DNA of 61,564 bases, counting the filler, from Stramenopiles sp. TOSAG23-2 (Eukaryota), in the NCBI GenBank assembly GCA_900128395.1. It is 3 parts of 3 records of this genome, joined end to end, with 100 filler letters (N's around TTAATTAATTAA, not from the genome) between each part and the next. Parts side by side here need not be neighbours in the genome. Positions count along the whole stretch, not along the records: positions 25,782 to 51,459 come from LT649449.1; 2 more parts are not named here. The stretch is one strand, 5' to 3'. Below, one piece after another: positions 31,896-42,048 of this stretch; position 1 is the stretch's first letter, and each line of letters opens with the position of its first letter. The notes under the pieces are model-generated. The model had not been told where the DNA came from, searched no databases, and saw only the letters and a program-made list of their open reading frames with translations. The position numbers and the translations under genes were made by a program.

Positions 31896-34800
31896 TTAAG
31901 CGGAAACTAAGTATGGCGATTTAGTTTTATTGACAACAATATTGCTAGTATTATTTTTGTTTTTACTATTTGGTGTTGTATTACGTTTGCCATGGCTGCT
32001 ATTATTGCTACTACTGCTACTGCTACTGATACTGCCTCGAGCAGAAATGCTATTATTACTTCTAAAAATTCGAACTTCAGCTGCATTTATATCCTCTTGC
32101 CTTTTGTAATCTTTTCCACAATATGTAGATCTATAATATTTTGGTATTTTGCTTGGTCGAACGTTAGGATCTGAATTTTTTGGTTGTGTCATTGATGGAG
32201 GTGGCTCAATCGAAATTAAAAATTCATCCCCGAAACCAGTTAAACCAACAATTCCTTCTTCATCTTCATCTGTGTTTTCATTAATTTTAAGCAATTCCTT
32301 CAAGCGTGATTTACTCTGCAATCCATGTATCCATGGTTTGCTAGATATACTCGATATAGAAAGTTGTGAATCGAATTCAGGTGTACCGTCAGCAAATGTC
32401 CAACCTGGTGTTGTGCATGCCGCATAAACTTCGCTAGCACTTCTTCTTAAATATTCATTTTCCGCTCTTGTACCTAGATCCATTAAACATGCTGCTGCCC
32501 CCTCGTTCCTTAATACGTCACGACTTCCATCATCCTGTGCAATCTCACCCAGTGCAGCTATACACCAAGAAGCAGTTTGTGGACCAACACTCATCGGAGG
32601 TCTTACCATGGATACTAACAATGGAACAATTCCTCCTTGTATTAACAAAGATTGATTCTCAAGATTTCCTTTGGAGATTTGATATGCACAATGGCATGCA
32701 GTACGTTGCGTCAATTCATTTGTACTTTTTACTAGTTCAACTATGCGCGGAATGATTCCTTGTTTTTCCTCTCTCAATTCGTCTTGCCCATCCCTAACAA
32801 AAGCCCATCGTGTTATGTATATCAATGCAAACTGAACGCAATTTTCCGTTTCACCATGTAATAAAATTTGCACTAGAGCGGGTATCCCACCATATGCAGA
32901 TATTTTCTCTTTATTTTCCACGCTACCAATAATCAAAACCGTAAGGCATTTAACACATGCTATTCTTTCTCTTAAACTCCTTTCTTTTACATTTAACATA
33001 TCTACAAGCGGTTCCAAACCGTTCGCATTACGAAATTTTTGCACGCAATGGTTACTGTTTCTACATAAATTTAAGAGGGCCACAGTAGCAGCGCATCTTT
33101 CATTTTCAGAATCTGCTTTTAATAAACGAATTAACTCATACATACCATTGCTTTTTAATGTTAAATCTTTTGATAATAAATCATCTTCCATCGCTTTTGA
33201 TAAACCAATAGCGGCGGAAGTTCTCTCCTCAGCCAATCCTTCCGAAATCAATTCTACTAAAGTCGTTGGGGCGCCAATACGACACCCGTCTAACTTTAAA
33301 GCAACATGTTTCTCCACTGCACAACCGTATGCCCACGCAGCAGCTGCACGTGATTCTGATGTACCGAAACTATGAGCACAACATACGACAATCGATTTTA
33401 AAGTGTCCAAATGCAATATTTCATTTTGATTCTCTTCACATGAATCAGTCGCCACGGCTATCAATTTATTCATGTCCATACGTAGTTCATCAAGAGAAGT
33501 GGTTTTCAATATATTTGAAATACACTCAATACATCCAACATCACGCGCCATTAGTTGTGCTTCCGAATGTTTTTCAATAGCAACATATAACGCTTTAGCT
33601 GCACACCGCACAATTGTTAAATTTGTATTTTCATCAAATCGCTGTAACAAAGCTAACAATGTTGAAATTCCATCGTTATCGACTAATACTTGCTGTGTAG
33701 ATGAACTCCCATCCAATAAATTTACTAGACATTGCGTAGAGACTAAAACAATGCTTACTATTGAAGATTTGGTCAAGGCTAACAATGGCAATACAACGTT
33801 TTGAGATAAGATTTGATTACGATTTTTTTCATTGGATGTAGCGCAAGTCATTAGGATCCGTACGCCACATTCTACACTTTCTAAAGGATCACCTCCTTCT
33901 TTCTCCTCCATCATGTCATCACTATCGCCATCATCTGCTTTTTCCATGACACGTTTCTCATGCTTATGGATATTTTCATGTAACGTATGTAACATTTGGC
34001 ACAAACCAGGCAATATACCTAATTCGCATACATAATCACCACTTTCACTATTTCCATCGATACATTGGTATAAAACATTAGATGCTAAAACACGGTAACT
34101 GGGTGACTTTTCTTTATCATTTAATTGAGCCAAGACAGTTTCCAGGCCTCTAGCTTTTCTTAACTCAACTTGGCAATCTGTAGATTTATCTGCACATGCA
34201 CCTAGAGTTTCTAATGCGTATTTTTGCAAATCATCCGACTCAACACGTATAATTTCTAAAATATCTAGAAATATTTCATATTCTAATACCAAAGACTGTA
34301 ACTCCGGTCTATTTAATACCAGCATGCCTATACAGCGAATGATGATGATAAATTGTTCAATTGCCATTTTTACTGCTAAATCAGCATCGGCAGATATAGA
34401 AGTAGCACTTTGCTCTGCCTCTGCTCCATCTTTATACAACTTTTCTTCTTTTTTCAATGTCATTTTGATTTTTTTCACTTGTAATTTGGCCTCCTTTAAT
34501 CCTCGCATTGCTTCTGTTTCAGCGTCAGATAGTATTTCCTTTGTTACTAATAACTGTTTTCTACGTTTGTTTGAAGTTGCAATTGCTTTATCTTTAATAA
34601 TTTGTTTCTCAGCTGCAATTTTTCTTAGATTAAATATTCGTTCACTTTGTCGATCATATCTAGTTATGAAACCCTCTACACCACCAATATCACATATTGT
34701 TTCCTTCAATACCTTATCTCTGGCTAACAAGAATAACCCTCTCATGGTTGTGACACCAAGTGGGCTTTGGTCATCGTTCCTACAGAATTTAACCCAAGAC

Positions 34801-35354
34801 GATAATATTGCATGATTTTCTCCTAGTTTTCTTGTTAATGTAAAAGACAAACTGTCAGTTTGTGATAAATCGCCATTCTCTAACCTCAATAGGATGAACC
34901 TTGCAACGATATGCCGTGTTACAACATTGATATTGTTTACGTTTTCAATGATAGCCTTGATGACGTCTTTCTTTTTTATGGTTTCAAACGCTTTTTTTAC
35001 TTTTGCTTCTTTATCTGTTATTTCTTCAGGATGCTCCCAATCATCAGCTAACGCTTGAAATAACTCGTGGGATTTAGACAAGAGGACAGCAGCTAATGTA
35101 TTTTTTTTCAGGACAGCACAAAACCGAGCTAAAGCAAACGCGGGATGTTTGGAGACGAAAATCTCTATCATTTGTTCATTTGAACATTGATATTTATCTA
35201 GTAACTCAATCAAAAATCTTTCTTTCGCTTCTTCACAGATTCGAATTAAAACATCGAATTTTTCTACTGTATTCGAAGTGACAAAGTCATCGACAGCTTT
35301 AAGAAATGCTTTTTTCTTCTTCTTTTTCTGCTTCTTCCCTCGTTTGATGGGCAT
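31896..35354 (-). CDS. Armadillo-repeat protein
   Basis: Repeated ~42-aa units such as GGIPALVQIL, GGIVPLLVSM, NGLEPLVDML, GIIPRIVELV. Confidence 0.88.
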   Translation of the reverse strand: MPIKRGKKQKKKKKKAFLKAVDDFVTSNTVEKFDVLIRICEEAKERFLIELLDKYQCSNEQMIEIFVSKHPAFALARFCAVLKKNTLAAVLLSKSHELFQALADDWEHPEEITDKEAKVKKAFETIKKKDVIKAIIENVNNINVVTRHIVARFILLRLENGDLSQTDSLSFTLTRKLGENHAILSSWVKFCRNDDQSPLGVTTMRGLFLLARDKVLKETICDIGGVEGFITRYDRQSERIFNLRKIAAEKQIIKDKAIATSNKRRKQLLVTKEILSDAETEAMRGLKEAKLQVKKIKMTLKKEEKLYKDGAEAEQSATSISADADLAVKMAIEQFIIIIRCIGMLVLNRPELQSLVLEYEIFLDILEIIRVESDDLQKYALETLGACADKSTDCQVELRKARGLETVLAQLNDKEKSPSYRVLASNVLYQCIDGNSESGDYVCELGILPGLCQMLHTLHENIHKHEKRVMEKADDGDSDDMMEEKEGGDPLESVECGVRILMTCATSNEKNRNQILSQNVVLPLLALTKSSIVSIVLVSTQCLVNLLDGSSSTQQVLVDNDGISTLLALLQRFDENTNLTIVRCAAKALYVAIEKHSEAQLMARDVGCIECISNILKTTSLDELRMDMNKLIAVATDSCEENQNEILHLDTLKSIVVCCAHSFGTSESRAAAAWAYGCAVEKHVALKLDGCRIGAPTTLVELISEGLAEERTSAAIGLSKAMEDDLLSKDLTLKSNGMYELIRLLKADSENERCAATVALLNLCRNSNHCVQKFRNANGLEPLVDMLNVKERSLRERIACVKCLTVLIIGSVENKEKISAYGGIPALVQILLHGETENCVQFALIYITRWAFVRDGQDELREEKQGIIPRIVELVKSTNELTQRTACHCAYQISKGNLENQSLLIQGGIVPLLVSMVRPPMSVGPQTASWCIAALGEIAQDDGSRDVLRNEGAAACLMDLGTRAENEYLRRSASEVYAACTTPGWTFADGTPEFDSQLSISSISSKPWIHGLQSKSRLKELLKINENTDEDEEGIVGLTGFGDEFLISIEPPPSMTQPKNSDPNVRPSKIPKYYRSTYCGKDYKRQEDINAAEVRIFRSNNSISARGSISSSSSSSNNSSHGKRNTTPNSKNKNNTSNIVVNKTKSPYLVSA

Positions 35355-35533
35355 GATGCACTTATTTACACGTGGTTAGTGCAACAATGTAATTTTATGT
35401 ACATGTACATTATATATGCATACATGTGAATAAAAAGTGTAAAGTGTAACAGTAGTATAAATATAATTAATAATTAATAGAAGAAAAAAAGATGTACGTT
35501 ATTTCGAGTATTAGTATAGCAGCTGGCCTGGCT

Positions 35534-35590
35534 TAGCTTTCATGGGAAAACGTAGATTTGGACCAGGAAATGCCTCTGGTGTCCAGAGAA
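35534..35590 (+). mobile_element. Copy B of the ~56-bp dispersed element
   Basis: TAGCTTTCATGGGAAAACGTAGATTTGGACCAGGAAATGCCTCTGGTGTCCAGAGAA; GGCCTGGCT at 35525-35533 and again at 35599-35607. Confidence 0.7.
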
Positions 35591-35627
35591 GGCCGGAAGG
35601 CCTGGCTGGCCCAGAGCATACCAGCAT

Positions 35628-35681
35628 GCAGGTGGTGTGAAAAAAAAGCTGGTGGTGTGAAAAAAAAAGCTGGTGGTGTGA
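35628..35681 (+). repeat. Short tandem repeat (GCTGGTGGTGTGA(A)n) x ~2.6
   Basis: GGTGGTGTGA occurs three times separated by A-runs. Confidence 0.75.
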
Positions 35682-36019
35682 TGTGGTGATACTAATATTA
35701 TATATAATAAATTAATAATAGCTACTGTATTATTATAGGTGCATCACAGTCTTATATTATACTGTAATATAATACACGTGGTACGTAGCTATTAGTGAAA
35801 TACTGAATACTGCTCATGACAGAGTACTATTATGCATATAATACTGATTAAAAAAGTATTTTTAATATTTTACAAGTATTTATTTATATATATATATATA
35901 TATAAATAAAATATACGAAGTAATATATAAATATGCAATGTATGTTGTGTTGTACACTGTGTTATACCAAACGTACAGAAAATGATTCAACAAATATTTT
36001 ATTTATATCCATTTTTATT

Positions 36020-37357
36020 TTACACGGGCTTTAAATTAACCAGGACGTCAAAATGCAAACGTTTTGTGTTATATAAATATATCGTTTGATCTTTTTCACA
36101 CTCATTGACATCAGGCATGATGATAGACCATCGATCAAAAGTAGCTGAAACACCAGATTGGTAAACAACAATGCAAGTATTATATAGATAAGCAAGTATT
36201 GCTAATTCGTCATTCTCTGCCCATTCATTGTTTTTACTGCGTTTACGAGCTTTCTCAAATGTAGCCTTATTTAAATTGGGTGGTTTAAGCGGATTGAGAC
36301 CGACTAATTGACGTAATTCTGAACCAGTTGGAATATCTTTGTTTTTCTTTTTATATAAGTCCTTCAGTGCATATGATACACTTTCATAGCCACAGTCACC
36401 ATCGCCATCAATTTGAACAATTTGTGCCTCTTTAAAACTAGACCAAGGTGTTTGTATATTTTCTACGTTTGATTGAGGGGTAAGTTCATACATAATCCCC
36501 ACATCACTTTCAAATTCAATTATATCCACCTCCTCACTATCGTTATAATTATTATCTTGTTTTTCATTTTCATTACCATTATTATTATTATCATCATCCT
36601 TATTATTATTGCCATTGCTCGCGTCAATATTATTATTATCATCTCCATTTTCATCATTTTCTATATTATTTATCCCTATATTATTGCCAGTGCTCGCGTC
36701 AATATTATTATTATCATCTCCATTTTCATCATTTTCAATATTATTTTCTTCACTATCATTGCTGACTATTATAGTTTCGTTAATTGCTGATGTCGATTGT
36801 GTTAAATTGCAAGATTCTGGAAGTGCAAATGTCAATGTATAGTCACACGTATGTGGTTCCTCAACGTTTGATATCGTATATCTTTCACTGCATACCAAAT
36901 TGACCTGTACTTTGCGTTTAATGTTACCACCGCAAGGTGTACCATCATTATAAACTTGGACTTTAAACGCATCCTCGCTATTTTCAATATCTTCATCTTT
37001 CCAGTTACCCCATAAGCCTAATATACCATAGAATGGATTCCACGTTGTTTGCTTGTCAAGCTGTGTTATATTTCTAAATGGACAAACTTTATATTCATAC
37101 CTTCCAATATTCTCAGAAAAACATTTGCCATCAAGATGCAAAAAATCAGAAGGAGTTGACGGGCTTATCGTATGTGGCTTTCTAGATGGAGTTGGCAATA
37201 CTGGCGTAGATGAATGTGAATATGTATTTTTTTTCTTTGGTAATCCTTCTACAATTTTAATATCAAATTTACCATCATTGTCATTTGCATTCACATAGTA
37301 GTTCACCAGGATAAATACGGAACAATATATGTTCAAAAACAGAGCCATTTTGCACAT
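36020..37357 (-). CDS. Signal peptide + MRH (GNPTG/PRKCSH-like) lectin domain + C-terminal OTU-like cysteine protease domain
   Basis: LDGKCF...YEYKVCPFRNITQ...YNDGTPCGG..RKVQVNLVC...VEEPHTCDY (MRH); DGDCGYESVS...WAENDELAILA...HFDVL (OTU). Confidence 0.82.
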   Translation of the reverse strand: MCKMALFLNIYCSVFILVNYYVNANDNDGKFDIKIVEGLPKKKNTYSHSSTPVLPTPSRKPHTISPSTPSDFLHLDGKCFSENIGRYEYKVCPFRNITQLDKQTTWNPFYGILGLWGNWKDEDIENSEDAFKVQVYNDGTPCGGNIKRKVQVNLVCSERYTISNVEEPHTCDYTLTFALPESCNLTQSTSAINETIIVSNDSEENNIENDENGDDNNNIDASTGNNIGINNIENDENGDDNNNIDASNGNNNKDDDNNNNGNENEKQDNNYNDSEEVDIIEFESDVGIMYELTPQSNVENIQTPWSSFKEAQIVQIDGDGDCGYESVSYALKDLYKKKNKDIPTGSELRQLVGLNPLKPPNLNKATFEKARKRSKNNEWAENDELAILAYLYNTCIVVYQSGVSATFDRWSIIMPDVNECEKDQTIYLYNTKRLHFDVLVNLKPV

Positions 37358-37872
37358 GTTCTATTTATTTCTCCTTCTCTCTACATTTAGAATTTATTTA
37401 TTCTTATGGAAAAATTATAAAAGATATACTGTGTAAATAGTAATATACTAATATCTAATACAATAATATGTATATTTTAATTTTAATAATATGTGCACCA
37501 CACACATGTGCACATCAGTTGTTGCCAGCCTGGCCAGGTGGTTGCTTAATAATAATAATTATTCCTACGCACACCTAGCACCCTACTATTGCCAGATTGA
37601 ATAATTTATTATAATTAGAAAAAATAAATAATATATATATAGTGGAGAGAGTAAAAGTAAATCATACACATAATAATATATTTGAATATATTGTTGTATT
37701 AATATTAATAATACAATTATTTCACATACATAGTAATAATAATAGACGACCACTACATGCAACAAATCATTAATTTTCGACGACTAATATATTTATTTTT
37801 TTTAAATTGAATGAAATATAATATATTACATTGAAAAACATAGTATCAAAATATTTATCACCTCATGGTGCC

Positions 37873-40263
37873 ATGGCAACAGTACAAAGCGAAGTTATTA
37901 CCAGTGGAAAATATGGAACTGGCCCAACAATTTTAATTTCAATTTACAAACGCCAAGCACTAGGTGGGGAGGTAAAACGTGTACAAGGATATCTATTTAA
38001 TTCATCAGAAGGTTTACAAAGAAGTTTCAAAGAAAAAAAGGTAAAGTTGAAACATATTGGACAGCTATTTTTTACATCCATGTGTACAGATCGGTATCTA
38101 GGGTTATCTGGCCTTGTTTTAGGTCTTGGTGGTGTTGGAAGTGAAAGTTTGATGGTACATGGACCTGTTGGTACCTGTGAATATGTTAATTCTTGCCGAC
38201 CATTTTTTCCAAATAATTGGCCCAAAGTAAATATTATTGGTGACGTTCCCATAAATAGCGAGCCTTTGATCGTTCATTCTGACGATTTCGTCGAAATTAT
38301 AGTTGTGACCATTGGTAGTATAATCAATGACCGCAATAGAAAAGAGAAAAACGAAGGAGAACCATTGAGAAAAAAATACAAAAAAGATACGGCAGATGCG
38401 ACTTCAATCAAAAACTTAAATTTACCTCTTACAACACCTTTTTTACCACCAGTTAATATATATGTTTGTGAATTAAAAAAACAAGAAAAAAACAAAAATT
38501 TGCATGATCGTGAGGACCCTGGATGTGAAGATAGTAAAACTGCTATAGTTGAATGTTGTATATCAATTGATTGTATCAAAGCAACTATTGAATATTTTAA
38601 TGTAAATCATAAGGATGTATCAAAAGTTTATCATTTATTTCCACCATCATTATCTTTTAAAAATAACAATACCGATGAAACGAAATTAGATAGTATTTTT
38701 GTATATTATAAATCTCAATGGGAAGCTTTATTAAATAATACCAATGTAATACATATTTATCTAAATAAAACTGAGCATGATAACAACAACGAGAATAAAT
38801 TTGAAAAGGAAACAATTGAAAACAATAACAACAGATTAGATCATAGTAATAGTATTGTATCAACGATTAATGATTCATTTGTATCATTTCAAGCACAACT
38901 ACATTGCATTGCTCCTCAAAATTTTCAACTTCCTGATTTCATCAATGATGATATCTCTTTAAAAGGTTTATTTGATCAAGAAGTATCTAATGTAAAACGA
39001 TATTTAAATAGAAAGAAGATTAAAAATGTTGGTGATGATGATGATCAAGAATATAATAATAATGATAATAAAAATAATAACAATAACAACAGCAACGATA
39101 ATAGTGGTTTAATCAAGAAGAACAATGGTGGTACTATTGCGATTAAGAAAACAGAAAGGAATGTATTAGATTTAAATCAAAAAGCTGCAAACGAACTTCG
39201 CCATAAGATGACGTTAAAGACCCATCAGATTACCCATATGACAGCACCAGAGCTAATATTTTTAGGGACTGGCTCTGCGGCTCCATCTACATTACGAAAT
39301 AGTAGCAGTATATATTTAAATTTGAACAAGCCATTTTTAGGAAATATTTTAATTGATGTTGGCGAAGGTACATACGGCCAGTTAGTTCGCTTGTATGGTG
39401 CTAAAAAATCAAGCATATTAATAAAGTCATTAAGAGTGATATGGATTTCTCACCATCATATTGATCATCACCTTGGTTTGCTTCGGATTATAGAAGAAAG
39501 AATGACACAAATTCCTAGAAGTAATTCTGATAACACAAATAATAGGCCCAACATGGCAATGGCTGTGACCAAGCCATTAATCATTATTGGACCACCAATA
39601 GTTAAACATTTTCTAATTAAAGCAGCTCCGAGACTTTTTCAATATTATCAATATTATAATTTTTTTGAGTTCACATCTGCTTATCACGTTCATAATATTT
39701 TAAATCAAGAGCTTGGCGTCACTGCATTGATCAATGTCCCAGTAAATCATTGTCGAGATTCACATGGATTAGTATTACAATTAAAATCTGGTGAAAAGAT
39801 TGTCTATTCTGGTGATACTAGACCATGTACCAATTTGATAAATGCCGGATTGAATGCTACGGTATTAATTCACGAAGCCACGTTTGATGATACCATGATG
39901 GATGATGCCATTAAAAAGCGACATTCAACGGTTTCCGAAGCTTTAAATGTGGGAAAATCCATGCAAGCATATTCAGTAATTTTAACACATTTTAGTCAAA
40001 GGTATCCGCAAATCGTTCAGAAAAAATCGAATAAATTGAAAGAAAGTCATGAAAATGATGACAATGGTAGTCATGGTATTGAAAAAGCAGTAGTAGCGAC
40101 AAAGACGAAGGAAAATTTTAATACATATATAGACCCAATTTTAGCATTTGACATGATGCATATACATATAAATGACGATGATTTACAACTAGCAAGAAAG
40201 TCAACCAAAAATATATCTTATCATTTATTAACACAACATAAACAAAATGTGAGTAAGAGATAA
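37873..40263 (+). CDS. ELAC2: Ribonuclease Z, long form (ELAC2/Trz1-like)
   Basis: YLFNSSEGLQR pseudo-motif, FLGTGSAAPSTLRNSS, DVGEGT, SHHHIDHH, YSGDTRP, HEATF, HST, LTHFSQRYP; first ATG 37873. Confidence 0.9.
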   Translation: MATVQSEVITSGKYGTGPTILISIYKRQALGGEVKRVQGYLFNSSEGLQRSFKEKKVKLKHIGQLFFTSMCTDRYLGLSGLVLGLGGVGSESLMVHGPVGTCEYVNSCRPFFPNNWPKVNIIGDVPINSEPLIVHSDDFVEIIVVTIGSIINDRNRKEKNEGEPLRKKYKKDTADATSIKNLNLPLTTPFLPPVNIYVCELKKQEKNKNLHDREDPGCEDSKTAIVECCISIDCIKATIEYFNVNHKDVSKVYHLFPPSLSFKNNNTDETKLDSIFVYYKSQWEALLNNTNVIHIYLNKTEHDNNNENKFEKETIENNNNRLDHSNSIVSTINDSFVSFQAQLHCIAPQNFQLPDFINDDISLKGLFDQEVSNVKRYLNRKKIKNVGDDDDQEYNNNDNKNNNNNNSNDNSGLIKKNNGGTIAIKKTERNVLDLNQKAANELRHKMTLKTHQITHMTAPELIFLGTGSAAPSTLRNSSSIYLNLNKPFLGNILIDVGEGTYGQLVRLYGAKKSSILIKSLRVIWISHHHIDHHLGLLRIIEERMTQIPRSNSDNTNNRPNMAMAVTKPLIIIGPPIVKHFLIKAAPRLFQYYQYYNFFEFTSAYHVHNILNQELGVTALINVPVNHCRDSHGLVLQLKSGEKIVYSGDTRPCTNLINAGLNATVLIHEATFDDTMMDDAIKKRHSTVSEALNVGKSMQAYSVILTHFSQRYPQIVQKKSNKLKESHENDDNGSHGIEKAVVATKTKENFNTYIDPILAFDMMHIHINDDDLQLARKSTKNISYHLLTQHKQNVSKR

Positions 40264-40584
40264 GAGAGTAAAAAATAAAAAAAATATTTTTACGCTCGAT
40301 GATATTCGTATGATATACGAAGTCGTATTATGTACCGGCTTGTATCATATTAATATCATACGCGTACGAACGTACGAGTTCGTATAATATATTCGTACGA
40401 AGTATATATACGGTGTGTGTAAGAAAATATGGTATATCTAAGCGGCTCTGTAATACGAATAATTTAATTTACGCGTCGCATAATAAAATTTAGTCTCTCT
40501 TTTTTATTTTAATTTACTCACATGATAGTGCGATACTTCTAACTCTTCAAAAGAATATAATAAGTGAGGGAATGATATCTATCT

Positions 40585-41604
40585 CTAACCTCCTCCTTGA
40601 TCAAAGTAATTACTAACCATGGATGCAAAACTTGAATAGCCACTAAGATCTGATACCTGTGATTGTTGAGCAATTAATTTGGCAACTAATGCATTTGTCA
40701 ATGATGACATGAAAACAATTTTCAATTCTGGATCTCGCTTGAATAATATACTCAATTCATCAGTATTTATTGATATAAAGGTACACTCGTTTTCAGCTAT
40801 CACCTGTGCCGTCGCTAAAGGGCTCATTTGAATTTCTAATTTATCTTCTATTTTCTTACCATCATCATTGTTTTTCGTGGATTCATCCTTTATGGAATTA
40901 ATTTCTTTCAAAAATGATATTTCTCCAAAAACTGCTCGTGGTGAATCCCCTTTAATTGTTGCAATTTTTTTGCTGCTTTTGTAAACACCAGCTTCCCCTT
41001 TGATCAAAAAGTTTATATATTTATATGGTTTATCTTCTTCAATCAACACTTCGCCTTTATTTAATTCAACCTTTTCACAAAAATCCAATAGTTTATAATA
41101 TTTTCTTGCTGATAAATTGCTTAAATGTCTATCGTATAGATCTAATTCATCACCATCAAAGTTTATTGGCGTTTTATCAAGCAATAGCTCTGTGACTTTA
41201 CCAATATGTAATAGAATAAAAACTGCTCCCCAGGCTATAGCAGGCTTTAGTGGTGGTTTTCTTGTAAAGTTATAATACATGCCGCAGAGTCCACCAGTAA
41301 TGCTACAAGATCTTAAAAACATCATATCACTGCTACTCATACCAATCAAACTAATTAACATACCTGTATTTAAAATCAATACACCAGGTTCCGCATATTT
41401 CATTTGTTTTATCATTTGCACAAAAGATGTAGGATATTGCAATTTCTCCATAGCTTTACCCCCGCCTGTTACTTTTCCAACTCCAAAATTTCTTGTCTTC
41501 GGCTTCAATGTTTTGTTAATTTTTTTAACTATTGGTGAAAAAAATTGATTATAAATTTTACGAGAAGCAGGTTGTTGTGCCATCGTCGAGAAGATACGTA
41601 ACAT
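40585..41604 (-). CDS. Popeye-like membrane protein with cyclic-nucleotide-binding-type domain
   Basis: Three TM helices (SDMMFLR...IAWGAVFILLH) followed by KGEVLIEE...GEAGV...VFGEISF...ATAQV cNMP fold. Confidence 0.75.
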   Translation of the reverse strand: MLRIFSTMAQQPASRKIYNQFFSPIVKKINKTLKPKTRNFGVGKVTGGGKAMEKLQYPTSFVQMIKQMKYAEPGVLILNTGMLISLIGMSSSDMMFLRSCSITGGLCGMYYNFTRKPPLKPAIAWGAVFILLHIGKVTELLLDKTPINFDGDELDLYDRHLSNLSARKYYKLLDFCEKVELNKGEVLIEEDKPYKYINFLIKGEAGVYKSSKKIATIKGDSPRAVFGEISFLKEINSIKDESTKNNDDGKKIEDKLEIQMSPLATAQVIAENECTFISINTDELSILFKRDPELKIVFMSSLTNALVAKLIAQQSQVSDLSGYSSFASMVSNYFDQGGG

Positions 41605-41652
41605 GATGATGATGATGATTGTTCTTATAAATATGATTTATATATTAACATC

Positions 41653-41683
<31 letters not shown>

Positions 41684-42048
41684 TATTCCTATTACCTTCC
41701 ATCTATTTTTAATCTATTATGTTTTCAAATAAATTGTGTTGACGTTTTGATGATGGACTTGTTGAAAGTATTAAATACATTTGACAGAAGAAAATATAAC
41801 CCTACAATTTGTACCTATAGGTATTATAATATAATATTATAATGCACTCCAGCACTATAACAACCAGGCTAATAAACCAGCTAACCAGGCTAACACATAT
41901 TAAATTATAATTTATTATTAATAATAATAAATAATTATTATTATCATACATTTAAGAACTAATCTCTCTCTCACTACATACATGCATACATACCATACAT
42001 ACATTTACATATGTACCAAACAGTTGAATAAATACTAATATAACTAAG

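Noticed and set aside
35628-35681. Spaced GGTGGTGTGA repeats resembling a CRISPR array or telomere seed
   Set aside because: Spacers are only A-runs, there are no cas genes and the context is eukaryotic; treated as a simple tandem repeat
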